A stretch of 63,142 nt of DNA, the filler included, from Octopus bimaculoides (Eukaryota): NCBI RefSeq assembly GCF_001194135.2. It is 3 parts of 3 records of this genome, joined end to end, with 100 filler letters (N's around TTAATTAATTAA, not from the genome) between each part and the next. Parts side by side here need not be neighbours in the genome. Positions count along the whole stretch, not along the records: positions 51,039 to 63,142 come from NC_069000.1; 2 more parts are not named here. The stretch is one strand, 5' to 3'. The notes under the pieces are model-generated. The model had not been told where the DNA came from. It worked only from the letters and a program-made list of their open reading frames with translations, and ran no database searches. A program made the translations under genes and the position numbers. How positions within the stretch are numbered: position 1 is the stretch's first letter; every line of letters begins with the position of its first letter. Positions 52,842 to 63,142 of the stretch are shown piece after piece.

Positions 52842-53100
52842 GCTCTCTGTCTCTCGCCATTCCTGCCCAACGGCTTAAATGTACGTTCACTAAGACCATA
52901 CTGTATTAAAACCGAACCACACTGGGTTTATTTAACGAGTCCTCGTTTTAAACTCACCTCATGATACGCTCATTTCACGACAGATGCACAATATCTCTTC
53001 CGCGAGGAATCGATGCAGGGTGGGTCGAAACGATCGTTATGAGGAATAAAATTCCGCGTACATTTCATTCTCAATCTCTATCATTTATTTTCTCTTTCTT

Positions 53101-53136
<36 letters not shown>

Positions 53137-53217
53137 NNNNNNNNNNNNNNNNNNNNNNNNNNNNNNNNNNNNNNNNNNNNNNNNNNNNNNNNNNNNNNNN
53201 NNNNNNNNNNNNNNNNN

Positions 53218-53306
<89 letters not shown>

Positions 53307-54081
53307 AACAATACACGTGTATATACATATTGAAGACGTTTCATTCTTCGTCTCTATCATTTGTTATATATATATAATATATATGCAATACACGTGTATA
53401 GATATATTGAAGATACACACACACATATATATATGCGTTACAAGTGTTTCTAGGCGCATTCACGCGCATATAAATTTCATTTAACTAAACTCATAAATAA
53501 AGCAAATAAGCATCTTTTTTTTAAAAAAAAACGTATGTTTAAAAAAAATGGTGCATAAAGAAAACTATTATATACATATAACATCGTACAAAAACTCATA
53601 TGAAATTATATAGAAGAACAGTGATAGATTTGACAAGTGAAACATAAAAAGGAGAAAAATTGATGATTCGTAGAAGAGTCAAAAGAAGGAAAGGGAGATA
53701 ACAAAGTGGAAGTCGATGGTAGAGAGAAAGGGAGAGAAAAATAACTAGAAAATAGAAGGGAAGATGAAACAAAGTATCATAGTCGAAGGGAATGAGAAAT
53801 GGGAGGAGGAGAGATACTTATATCAAAGTATAGAAAAAAGTGAGAGACAGAGAGAGAGAGAGGGTGAGAGAGGGTGAGAGAGGGTGAGAGAGAGAGGGTG
53901 AGAGAGGGAGGGAGAGAGAGAGTGTTTATGTGTGTGTGGGTGATTATGTATGTGTATGTGAGTGTGTGTATATGTGTGTGTGAAAGAGCGATGCGAGTAG
54001 GTTAGGGTCGCTGAGATGTGGTAGATAATGTATTTAGAAGCCTTAGACGAGACAGAAAGATAGATAGATAGATAGAGATAG

Positions 54082-54125
<44 letters not shown>

Positions 54126-54970
54126 TGAGTGAGAGAGAGAGAGAGAGAGATAGGGTGACAGTCAGAGAGCGTGAGAGAGACTGAAAAAGAGAGTGAGAAC
54201 GAGAGAGAAAGAGAGAGAGATGGAGAGCAATGAAGATAGTTTAGCAAGTGTTAGCATGATCTTATGCGAAATAGTTTTCAGATTTCGTAATATTTAGCGG
54301 TTACATGTGTTTGTGTGAAAGAGAAATATGGACGATATGATGGGGAAAACCACAAGGAATGGTTAGAGATAAGGAAAAGAAATGAAGTATTTAAGAAGAA
54401 TAAAAATGGAAGGAAAACGAAGGGAAAAAGAGAAAAAAATTGCTGAGTATGCATACTTATATATTATATATATATAAAAAAGGCAATGTTTATCTGTTCC
54501 GTATAACATGCATATGTGTATGCAAATATAGATACGTGTATATCTAAATTTGCATACGTATAAAATTACATACGCATTCATAAGTCCAGATCAGGTGAAG
54601 CCCGTTGTATTTCAAATACATATATATATGTATGTGTGTCTGTGTATATGTGTGTACGTACGTACGTACGTATGTACGTATGTATGTATGTATGTATGTA
54701 TGTACGTATGTATGTATGTATCTATCTATATACATATGTATATATATACGCACACACATATATATATGTGTGTGTGTATACATATGTATTATGTATGTAT
54801 ATATATATATATATATNNNNNNNNNNNNNNNNNNNNNNNNNNNNNNNNNNNNNNNNNNNNNNNNNNNNNNNNNNNNNNNNNNNNNNNNNNNNNNNNNNNN
54901 NNNNNNNNNNNNNNNNNNNNNNNNNNNNNNNNNNNNNNNNNNNNNNNNNNNNNNNTATGTATATATATCT

Positions 54971-55031
<61 letters not shown>

Positions 55032-56871
55032 GATCTATCTGTGTACATATATTTATATTAGTAAATGCATGGTGCACATTTCTGGTGTTTTTCTTCTATA
55101 TACACAAGGACTTAAAAGTTTTGAGTAAATACCGGTCATATTCTTAAATCCGTTCAAGCAGTGTCAGCCGAATTTAGTTCAAATGTAGTTGAGAATAGAG
55201 CTGAAGCAAGGCGAAATGTAATGCAGAACTATCCAATTGCTCTTTACATTTAAGCACCGTCTGTATGGCGGTGAAATGAAAATATATATTCGAAATATAT
55301 CAACGATAATAAAGTGAGTAATTTCCAAAATCATTAAAAAAGCTAAATGTAAGTAGTTTAGGGTTTGTCTGATAGTTAGAATAACAGTGTGTTACAAAAT
55401 TTTCATACGTCATTGCATTTGAATATCCACCGTGTCTATCTGAAAAATACTATATATTACAATGTAGCAATATATCTTTATTAGCTCGAAGTTAATTAAT
55501 CTCTGTTGCTCCTATTACAAGAAGTACATCTTGTGAACATTCATGTTACCAACCAAGTAAATTTATAAAATACTGCATATACTAAATTCAGTTTTAAATT
55601 CAATTAACTCACTTTAATTAAAACCTTAATTTTATGATAAATGACTTTATAGTAAAGTCTCATTTACGAGGTGTTAATATTCGCAGCCGAAGAATTATAT
55701 CCTATGATATGCGAAGTTAATATTTACGTGTAGTTTAGCAATAGTGAGGCAGTTTGAAAATAATTTAGGTTCGAAGGCGCTGTGGCTGTTACTACTATGA
55801 AATATTATGAATATCGAAAAAAAAATACCAACAATTTGAGCGCAAAATAAACTAATACAGCAACATATTTGCAAGCGGCAGTCAAAGCCATTTCACTTAC
55901 AATCTAATGTTCTTGAGGAATGTAGGAAAATTAATCTTATTTTCTCTACTCTATAAATAGTTTCCTTGCGCCCAGTTAGAAATAACAATGATTGCTGTAA
56001 CGAATTAACCTTGTATTTTTTTTTAATTATTTACATTCGTTTCTACGTTTTGTTTTCAGGTGATTAAATCTCTAGCAGAATTTTCGTGAATGTCGTCACT
56101 GCTTAAAATAATGGCTTCCTATATCACGACTAAATTAAAATGGCTTAATTGAAAACGGTGTCGGATAACAGGAAACTTCGCAAATAAGGTTCGACTAATC
56201 ACCTGAACGTGGCGAAAATATTCAGCGTAATACACGCAAACTTCCCTATCATTTCTCTAACCTTGTAAATTAAAATCCGTAAAAAGAGATAAAGATAATT
56301 TATTGATAACCATTGCATGGATTGGATTTTGCTGAGAACGAGGTTTGTTATTTCCCTTATTAAATAAGAATGCCATGATAAAGAAAAGAAAAAAGAGGAA
56401 AAAGAGAAAAAAAAGAAAGTAATCAACTACGCATAATAAAATAATAAAAGCTAAAAAATAAAAACATGATCAATTCATTGGATGCTTGTATTTGATTTGA
56501 TTTCTTTCAAGATGCTGGTGGTCGAGGTGAAAACACAAGGTTATTGGCAAAAGCGGTTCGGTGTTGAGTGTTTTAACGCAATAGCAGCGTTAAAATAATA
56601 TGATCGGACGAGCAAATAAGGCAACATGAAAGGGCCAAAGCAAGATACTCAACTGTCAAATGGTTCAATCCTCGAAGTTGTAAGGAGGTTCCACATTTTT
56701 ATAGTGGAAAATGCTTTTATCTTCGTGAAATAATATGAATACTGAAAAAACACACAAACACCTAACAAACTAATATGGCGGTGTATTTCCAAAAGAAAGT
56801 CGGAGTCATTTTATATCACTTACATTCGAGCACACTTACATTCTTTCCTCTCTTTTTTTGTTATAATTTTA

Positions 56872-57278
56872 TTTATTTATTTTTTTCGTTAGACTGCAGC
56901 CATGCTTGAAGGATTTAGTCGAACAAAGCAAGCCCAGTACTTTACTTAGCTTTAAATCTGGTACTTAATCTATCGGGTCTCTTTTGCCGAACCGCTATAT
57001 TATGAGTACGCAAACAACCAACACAGCTGTCAAGCGGGGAAAGGGAGACAAACACAGACTCAAGGACACACACACGCGCACACACATACACAGACATACA
57101 TACACACGCACAAACACACATACACACACACACGTGGGGCTTCTATACAGTTATCATCTACCAAATTCCCTCACAAGGAGCTTGAGAAGAAAAGACTTGC
57201 CCAAGTATTAGAGTTGTGAGATTGAACGGGAAACTACATGGTTGTAGAAGGAACTTCCTAACCACAGAGACATACCTG
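56872..57278 (-). mobile_element. tRNA-derived SINE family 1, full length, diverged
   Basis: Reverse strand caggtatgtctctgtggttaggaag...cttgggcaagtctt...(TG)n...gcttgacagctg...tagcggttcggcaaaagagacccgatagattaagtacc...gcatggctgcagtctaac. Confidence 0.85.
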
Positions 57279-57694
57279 AGTCTAATCTATTATATTAATA
57301 GAAAATAAAATCAATTCTCTTTAAAACCGGAGATTTATTATACGGCTTCTCTTTTTATAATCTTCCTTTCCAGAGTTTTATTTTCCGTATACGCCATTTT
57401 GCAATTGAATAGATGTTTGTTAATAGACAATTCTAAACAGCAGATAGATAGATAGATAGGTAGACAGAAGATAGATAGAAAGTAGATAGATAGAGAGAAA
57501 AAAGAGAGACATATAGATAGATTGAAAGTGAGAGAGAAAGAAAAGGAGAGGAGAGATTTATGGCGGATATGAGGAAATAAGACAGCCAACCGCTCCTTTT
57601 GTTTAGGATTCCATATATATTTGCACTCAGTTGTTATTAGGAATTGGTAATTGACTTCATTATGTGCATGTGTGTGTGTGTGCATGTGTGTGTT

Positions 57695-57735
<41 letters not shown>

Positions 57736-58939
57736 NNNNNNNNNNNNNNNNNNNNNNNNNNNNNNNNNNNNNNNNNNNNNNNNNNNNNNNNNNNNNNNNN
57801 NNNNNNNNNNNNNNNNNNNNNNNNNNNNNNNNNNNNNNNNNNNNNNNNNNNNNNNNNNNNNNNNNNNNNNNNNNNNNNNNNNNNNNNNNNNNNNNNNNNN
57901 NNNNNNNNNNNNNNNNNNNNNNNNNNNNNNNNNNNNNNNNNNNNNNNNNNNNNNNNNNNNNNNNNNNNNNNNNNNNNNNNNNNNNNNNNNNNNNNNNNNN
58001 NNNNNNNNNNNNNNNNNNNNNNNNNNNNNNNNNNNNNNNNNNNNNNNNNNNNNNNNNNNNNNNNNNNNNNNNNNNNNNNNNNNNNNNNNNNNNNNNNNNN
58101 NNNNNNNNNNNNNNNNNNNNNNNNNNNNNNNNNNNNNNNNNNNNNNNNNNNNNNNNNNNNNNNNNNNNNNNNNNNNNNNNNNNNNNNNNNNNNNNNNNNN
58201 NNNNNNNNNNNNNNNNNNNNNATATATATATAAAAAAAAAATCCACCTTTTTTTGTATTTATTTTTACTCGCATATATATATATATATATATATGTTTGT
58301 GTGTGTGTGCGCATGTATGTATGTATGTATTATTTTCACTTGTTTATCAAACACAATCCTTATTTACCAGCAACCACCGCTTTCCTAACCACCACCACCA
58401 CCACAACAACAACAACAACAACTACTACTTTTTTATTGACCTCCAAGGGATTGAAACATATGCAAAACATTTAATATACGAGGATGTGATCAAAACGGCC
58501 TCTGTTTCAGACGTCGCTGCCTTTCATTTGTCAGTCCAACGTTGGCTGTTATAAAGTTTTGGAGGGTAATATCTCCCTAAAAGTCAATCTTTTTGATATT
58601 CAATGAATTCGTTCTCATTCTCTTCTTCAATCACCAGATTATTCCTCTTGTCTCCTTATAGCATGTTCAATAATTTAATCACGCTTTTGCACTTCGCTTC
58701 TCTTCTTTCGGACAGAAGGTTCTCAAATGGCCCTTTTTTTTTTTCATATATGCAATAAATGAATCTTCCACATAGCACTGCTACCATGATTAATATCTTT
58801 CCGTCCTCACAGTAGTTATAATTGCAGCATAGCTTTAATAAGTTTTCGGTGAGTGGATATCTATACATAGCTCCCCTGACCATATATTGCCGCGTGTCAC
58901 CGCTGCTCTCAGCGATCTATGCTTACTGTGCCGCAAGTA

Positions 58940-59136
58940 TTTACTCATTTACTCATTTACTCATTTACTTGTTTCAGTCATTTGACTGCGGCCATGCTGG
59001 AGCACCGCTATTAGTTGAGCAGATCGACCCCAGGACTTATTCTTTGTAAGCCTAGTACTTACTCTATTGGTTACGGGGACGCAAACACACCTGCATCGAT
59101 TGTCAAGCAATGGCGGTGGGAGGACAAGCAGACACA
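58940..59136 (-). mobile_element. SINE family 1, 3' half (5' part lost in gap)
   Basis: cttgtttcagtcatttgactgcggccatgctggagcaccgc...ccccaggacttattctttgtaagcctagtactt...ttacggggacg, with a (TGAGTAAA)3 tail. Confidence 0.9.
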
Positions 59137-61300
59137 NNNNNNNNNNNNNNNNNNNNNNNNNNNNNNNNNNNNNNNNNNNNNNNNNNNNNNNNNNNNNNNN
59201 NNNNNNNNNNNNNNNNNNNNNNNNNNNNNNNNNNNNNNNNNNNNNNNNNNNNNNNNNNNNNNNNNNNNNNNNNNNNNNNNNNNNNNNNNNNNNNNNNNNN
59301 NNNNNNNNNNNNNNNNNNNNNNNNNNNNNNNNNNNNNNNNNNNNNNNNNNNNNNNNNNNNNNNNNNNNNNNNNNNNNNNNNNNNNNNNNNNNNNNNNNNN
59401 NNNNNNNNNNNNNNNNNNNNNNNNNNNNNNNNNNNNNNNNNNNNNNNNNNNNNNNNNNNNNNNNNNNNNNNNNNNNNNNNNNNNNNNNNNNNNNNNNNNN
59501 NNNNNNNNNNNNNNNNNNNNNNNNNNNNNNNNNNNNNNNNNNNNNNNNNNNNNNNNNNNNNNNNNNNNNNNNNNNNNNNNNNNNNNNNNNNNNNNNNNNN
59601 NNNNNNNNNNNNNNNNNNNNNNNNNNNNNNNNNNNNNNNNNNNNNNNNNNNNNNNNNNNNNNNNNNNNNNNNNNNNNNNNNNNNNNNNNNNNNNNNNNNN
59701 NNNNNNNNNNNNNNNNNNNNNNNNNNNNNNNNNNNNNNNNNNNNNNNNNNNNNNNNNNNNNNNNNNNNNNNNNNNNNNNNNNNNNNNNNNNNNNNNNNNN
59801 NNNNNNNNNNNNNNNNNNNNNNNNNNNNNNNNNNNNNNNNNNNNNNNNNNNNNNNNNNNNNNNNNNNNNNNNNNNNNNNNNNNNNNNNNNNNNNNNNNNN
59901 NNNNNNNNNNNNNNNNNNNNNNNNTCATCATCATCATCATTATCATCATCACCTCTAACAATATCGTTGTTGTTTCTCATTGTGTTTACTGTTTGTCAGA
60001 TGGCGTGCGTGTGTGTGTAGGCGTGCATGTGTGTATGCGTGCGCGCGCGCGCGAGTGTGTGTATACAGAAGTTATATTTTGATCTCCCAGTTTTTCACAG
60101 TTACTGTTACTCTATCAGAGATGTTCTTGTTATTCCAGCTGTTTTAACACATTTAAAAGAACTCTGAAATATTTATAAACAATACTTTACACCCAACATT
60201 TACACATACAAACAAATACACTACCAAACACCACACGCACTCACCCCCACACACAGAGAAGCACGCATATATAATATATAGGATTCAAGCAGACTGGTAG
60301 GGGACTGCTTCGATAAGTCATGTATTATTTTGGGAAGATGAAGAAAAGTGTAAAGTTATTTTGCTGCGGAGTATGGAGGTTCCGATGTTTCGGACTATAT
60401 GCTGCTTCGTCAGTACTGAGATAGCAGGGGTAAAACAAAACAGAAAAAGGGGGAACAGAAGACTTGTATATCTTCCGGTTTTAAGCCAATGGCAGCAACT
60501 GATAAAGAGTGCTAAAACAAGGTGAGGATGCATAGGAAGGATGGATGAAGTAGAAGAGAGAAATTAGATAAAAAGAAGTGAATCTGGAGAGTATACACAC
60601 GCGCGCGCAAGCGCACACATGCATACATATATGTATAATTCTGTTTCGCAACTGGATCCGGAAGCTCACGTTAAACAATAAATAAAGGCATATAAATATT
60701 GAATTTTAAAAAAGGAACCCTTTTAGCCAGAAAAAGGACGAAAGCTGCCTTTGGCTTTTTCTATCCAAAAGGTTTTTCAACCTAATAATTGCACATTATT
60801 ATTTATAGACTTATGTGTTCTTCGAGACGCTGTTCTAAACGATAATTATTTTTCGTTCTCTCGAACTTTCATATGACGGCAACAATACATATATGTTTGA
60901 ACAGAGATCTACTGAGTAACTTATGCAAAGATTTTTGTCAAGTGACTGGAATTGCATATCGAGCTAGAAAATGAGAACATAAACCTAGCATTAATATTAA
61001 GCGTGTTTCACTGAAAAAGGAGATAAGTCAAATAATTAAGAATTCATTTTAGAAAATTGATTTGCATACGTAGGAGAAAATCTAATTTTTGTTTGGAAGT
61101 TGCGTGCAGGTTACGTCTTTATTTTAATTCATCAACGTAGTCAATAAAAGGCTGTTTTGATCGATTGAAAAATGCTTTTACATTTGCCAAAGAATGGAAT
61201 AAAAAAAAAAGCGGTATGAAGAATTCTGGACAGCAATAGTTTGTGTAATTATAAAAATAAAAAAAATTAAGCTAAGAAATAAGACCTAGGTAATTTAGAT

Positions 61301-61710
61301 AGGCGCAGGTGTACCCGTGTGGTATGAAGCTTGCTTCCCAATTACACGGTTCCAGGTTCACTTCTATTACGTGGTACTTTGGGCAAGTATCTTCGCCTAT
61401 AGTCTCGGACCAACCGAAGCTTTCTGAGTGGATTTCGTTGACGGAAACTGAAAAGAAACCCGTCGTATATATATATATATGTAATATATCTATGTGTCTC
61501 TCTTTATACCTGTGTTTGTCCCCTAATGCCGCTTGACAACCGGTGTTGCTGAGTTTACGTCGCTATAACTTAGCGGTTCGGTAGAAAGAGAATGACAGAA
61601 TGAGTACCAGGCTTAAGGAAAAATAATCCCTGGGGTCGATTCATTCGACTAAAACCCTCCAAGGCGGTGCACCAACATGGCCGCAGTCCAAAGACTGAAG
61701 CCAATAAAAA
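61301..61710 (+). mobile_element. tRNA-derived SINE family 1, full length
   Basis: aggcgcaggtgtacccgtgtggtatgaagcttgcttccc...ggttca...ctttgggcaagtatctt...cccgtcg...gcttgacaaccgg...cttagcggttcgg...ctggggtcgattcattcgactaaaa...catggccgcagtcc. Confidence 0.9.
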
Positions 61711-61984
61711 GGTGTTTTCGTTAACAATTGGCCTAGCCCAGGCCTTCCTTAATAGTATCACCTGATAAAATCTAAGTCATTTTAAAGGAAAGTTTCGTGC
61801 TAGCTTGACCCGTACAAGTAGGGAATAGTTGACTGAAATACATCCAGGTATACGCAACTTATCTGGTTTTCTTTGAAGGTGATGCGACCTTTTTGTTTGA
61901 TTCATTTTGGGATAATGTTAAATTGATCAGGGCCTGCCGAGGAAATGAGACTGTGCGGCGGCGTATTTATATGGTATAAGCTTG

Positions 61985-63102
61985 AATTGTGTAGGAGGAG
62001 TCGGAGTCGTATGAAAGGATGAGCGTATATCAGCAGAAGACCATGCATGGCTATGTTAGTAGAAAGCTCTGTGATGACAGTAACATTGGTCATCAAAACA
62101 GTCAATCATGGACCAACAAGCGGATTATTAACTCTCACTTTGAAGGGTATGCGTTTGCAATCCAGGAACAGGAAATATCAGCCAAATACCTAATATGCAA
62201 AAAGGACAGAGACGCAGAAAAGCAGCAAAATGTGATAACTGATGCAGACTTTGTGGAGTCAACACTGAAGATATCACCCACATCATAAGCAGTTGTCCGA
62301 AAATGTCATCTGGGTATTATCTAACGATGAGACATGATGTAGCGAGCACACTGTATAATAAAATCCGTCGGAAGGATAACCCCGAGAACAAAGGAATAAG
62401 AATCCACAGTATCGTAGAAGCTATAGTCACTCATAATTAAAATGAGAACTGGTGGAATGTCTCAGTGAAAACCTCAATAAAATGTAAATACAATAGACCT
62501 GATATAATGATTTGGGATAGAGAAGAGAAAATGTGTGCAATTGTGGAAAACAGCTGCCCGGCAGATATTAACATACAGCTGAAAATCAGTGGAAAAAGAG
62601 AATACTTACATTGAACTGTTGAGGAATCTCTATCCAGATTACAAGTTACTCTATCCAGATTACAAGTTACTCTATCCAGATTACAAGTTACTCTATCCAG
62701 ATTACAAGTTCAAGTATATAGTTGTGATTATTGGGGCACTGAGATATGTAAGACACTGACTAAGTACCAATCTTGAGAAATTAGACTTTTCAAAACTAGA
62801 AAGGAGAAAGCTGATTCGAAGACTACAGATCCAAGCCATCACTGGAACTGTAAAAATCTGCAAAACTTTCCACAAGTTTTACATTGAAGTATTTATGAGA
62901 ATGTCTAGATATGCAAGTATATGCATGAGAATACATACAACAAACCGTACAAATCTGCACATATACATAATACATACATACACGCATACAAAAATACCCT
63001 GTTGATATTATTGAAATTCCGATGAAGGAGCCTTGAATCTAACTTAGAAACCGGTTCGCTCTCTATTGGCAAGAAATCTTGAAATAAAACTGAATAATGT
63101 TA
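61985..63102 (+). pseudogene. R4/Dong-type (RLE) retrotransposon 3' fragment, second lineage, with 3' UTR
   Basis: QKTMHGY...HFEGYAFAIQEQEISAKYL...CRLCGVNTEDITHIISSCPKM...MRHD (CCHC, 62243-62296)...NRPDIMIWDREEK...CPAD...VIIGAL...TGTVKICKTF, then 3' UTR with aataaa. Confidence 0.88.
62628..62710. repeat. perfect 21-bp tandem repeat, 4 copies (ctctatccagattacaagtta)
   Basis: Units start at 62628, 62649, 62670 and 62691 (the last has 20 of 21 nt); no spacers. Confidence 0.97.
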
Positions 63103-63142
63103 TACACCCCCCACCCCACCCCCACATATATATATATATATA

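Noticed and set aside
52955-53055. Penelope-like gaaacgatcgt...aataaa terminus
   Set aside because: A palindromic ACGATCGT follows GAA, but no CUGANGA or consistent stems I/II could be found.
56035-56190. Strong-looking acceptor ttcgtttctacgttttgttttcag
   Set aside because: No open frame or good donor follows; it could be a UTR exon but is unsupported.
58470-58560. Mariner-like TIR start tacgaggatgtgatcaaaa
   Set aside because: No matching second TIR or transposase motif was found nearby.
60318-60533. ORF with a hydrophobic, signal-peptide-like N-terminus
   Set aside because: Short, with no domain or splice support; expected by chance in AT-rich DNA.
62628-62710. CRISPR-like repeat
   Set aside because: Head-to-tail units with no spacers, eukaryotic context, inside a LINE ORF.

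Overview
AT-rich, microsatellite-dense animal genomic DNA from a gapped short-read assembly. The SINE, LINE and microsatellite repertoire resembles Octopus (inferred from repeat motifs, not searched). I cannot support any host protein-coding exon, tRNA, rRNA or CRISPR array; nearly all ORFs in the track are microsatellite or N-gap artefacts. The window is a transposable-element graveyard. It holds four decayed mariner transposons (two from one family), three R4/Dong-type non-LTR retrotransposon fragments, a CR1/L2-type RT fragment, a Helitron helicase fragment, about 14 tRNA-derived SINE copies of three families, Penelope-like termini and many simple repeats. The most interesting signal is at the RNA level. 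Two diverged repeat copies (21902-21963, 52145-52206) contain all hammerhead ribozyme core elements with covarying stems, but in a non-circularly permuted (pseudoknotted) order. Two canonical minimal hammerhead-like motifs with an A6U core variant (7735-7772, 25235-25271) and a degenerate hammerhead-like motif in an R4/Dong 3' UTR are also present. Other notable structure includes several diverged inverted repeats, retroposon pile-ups at (TAA)n tracts, and two artificial 100-bp assembly spacers.
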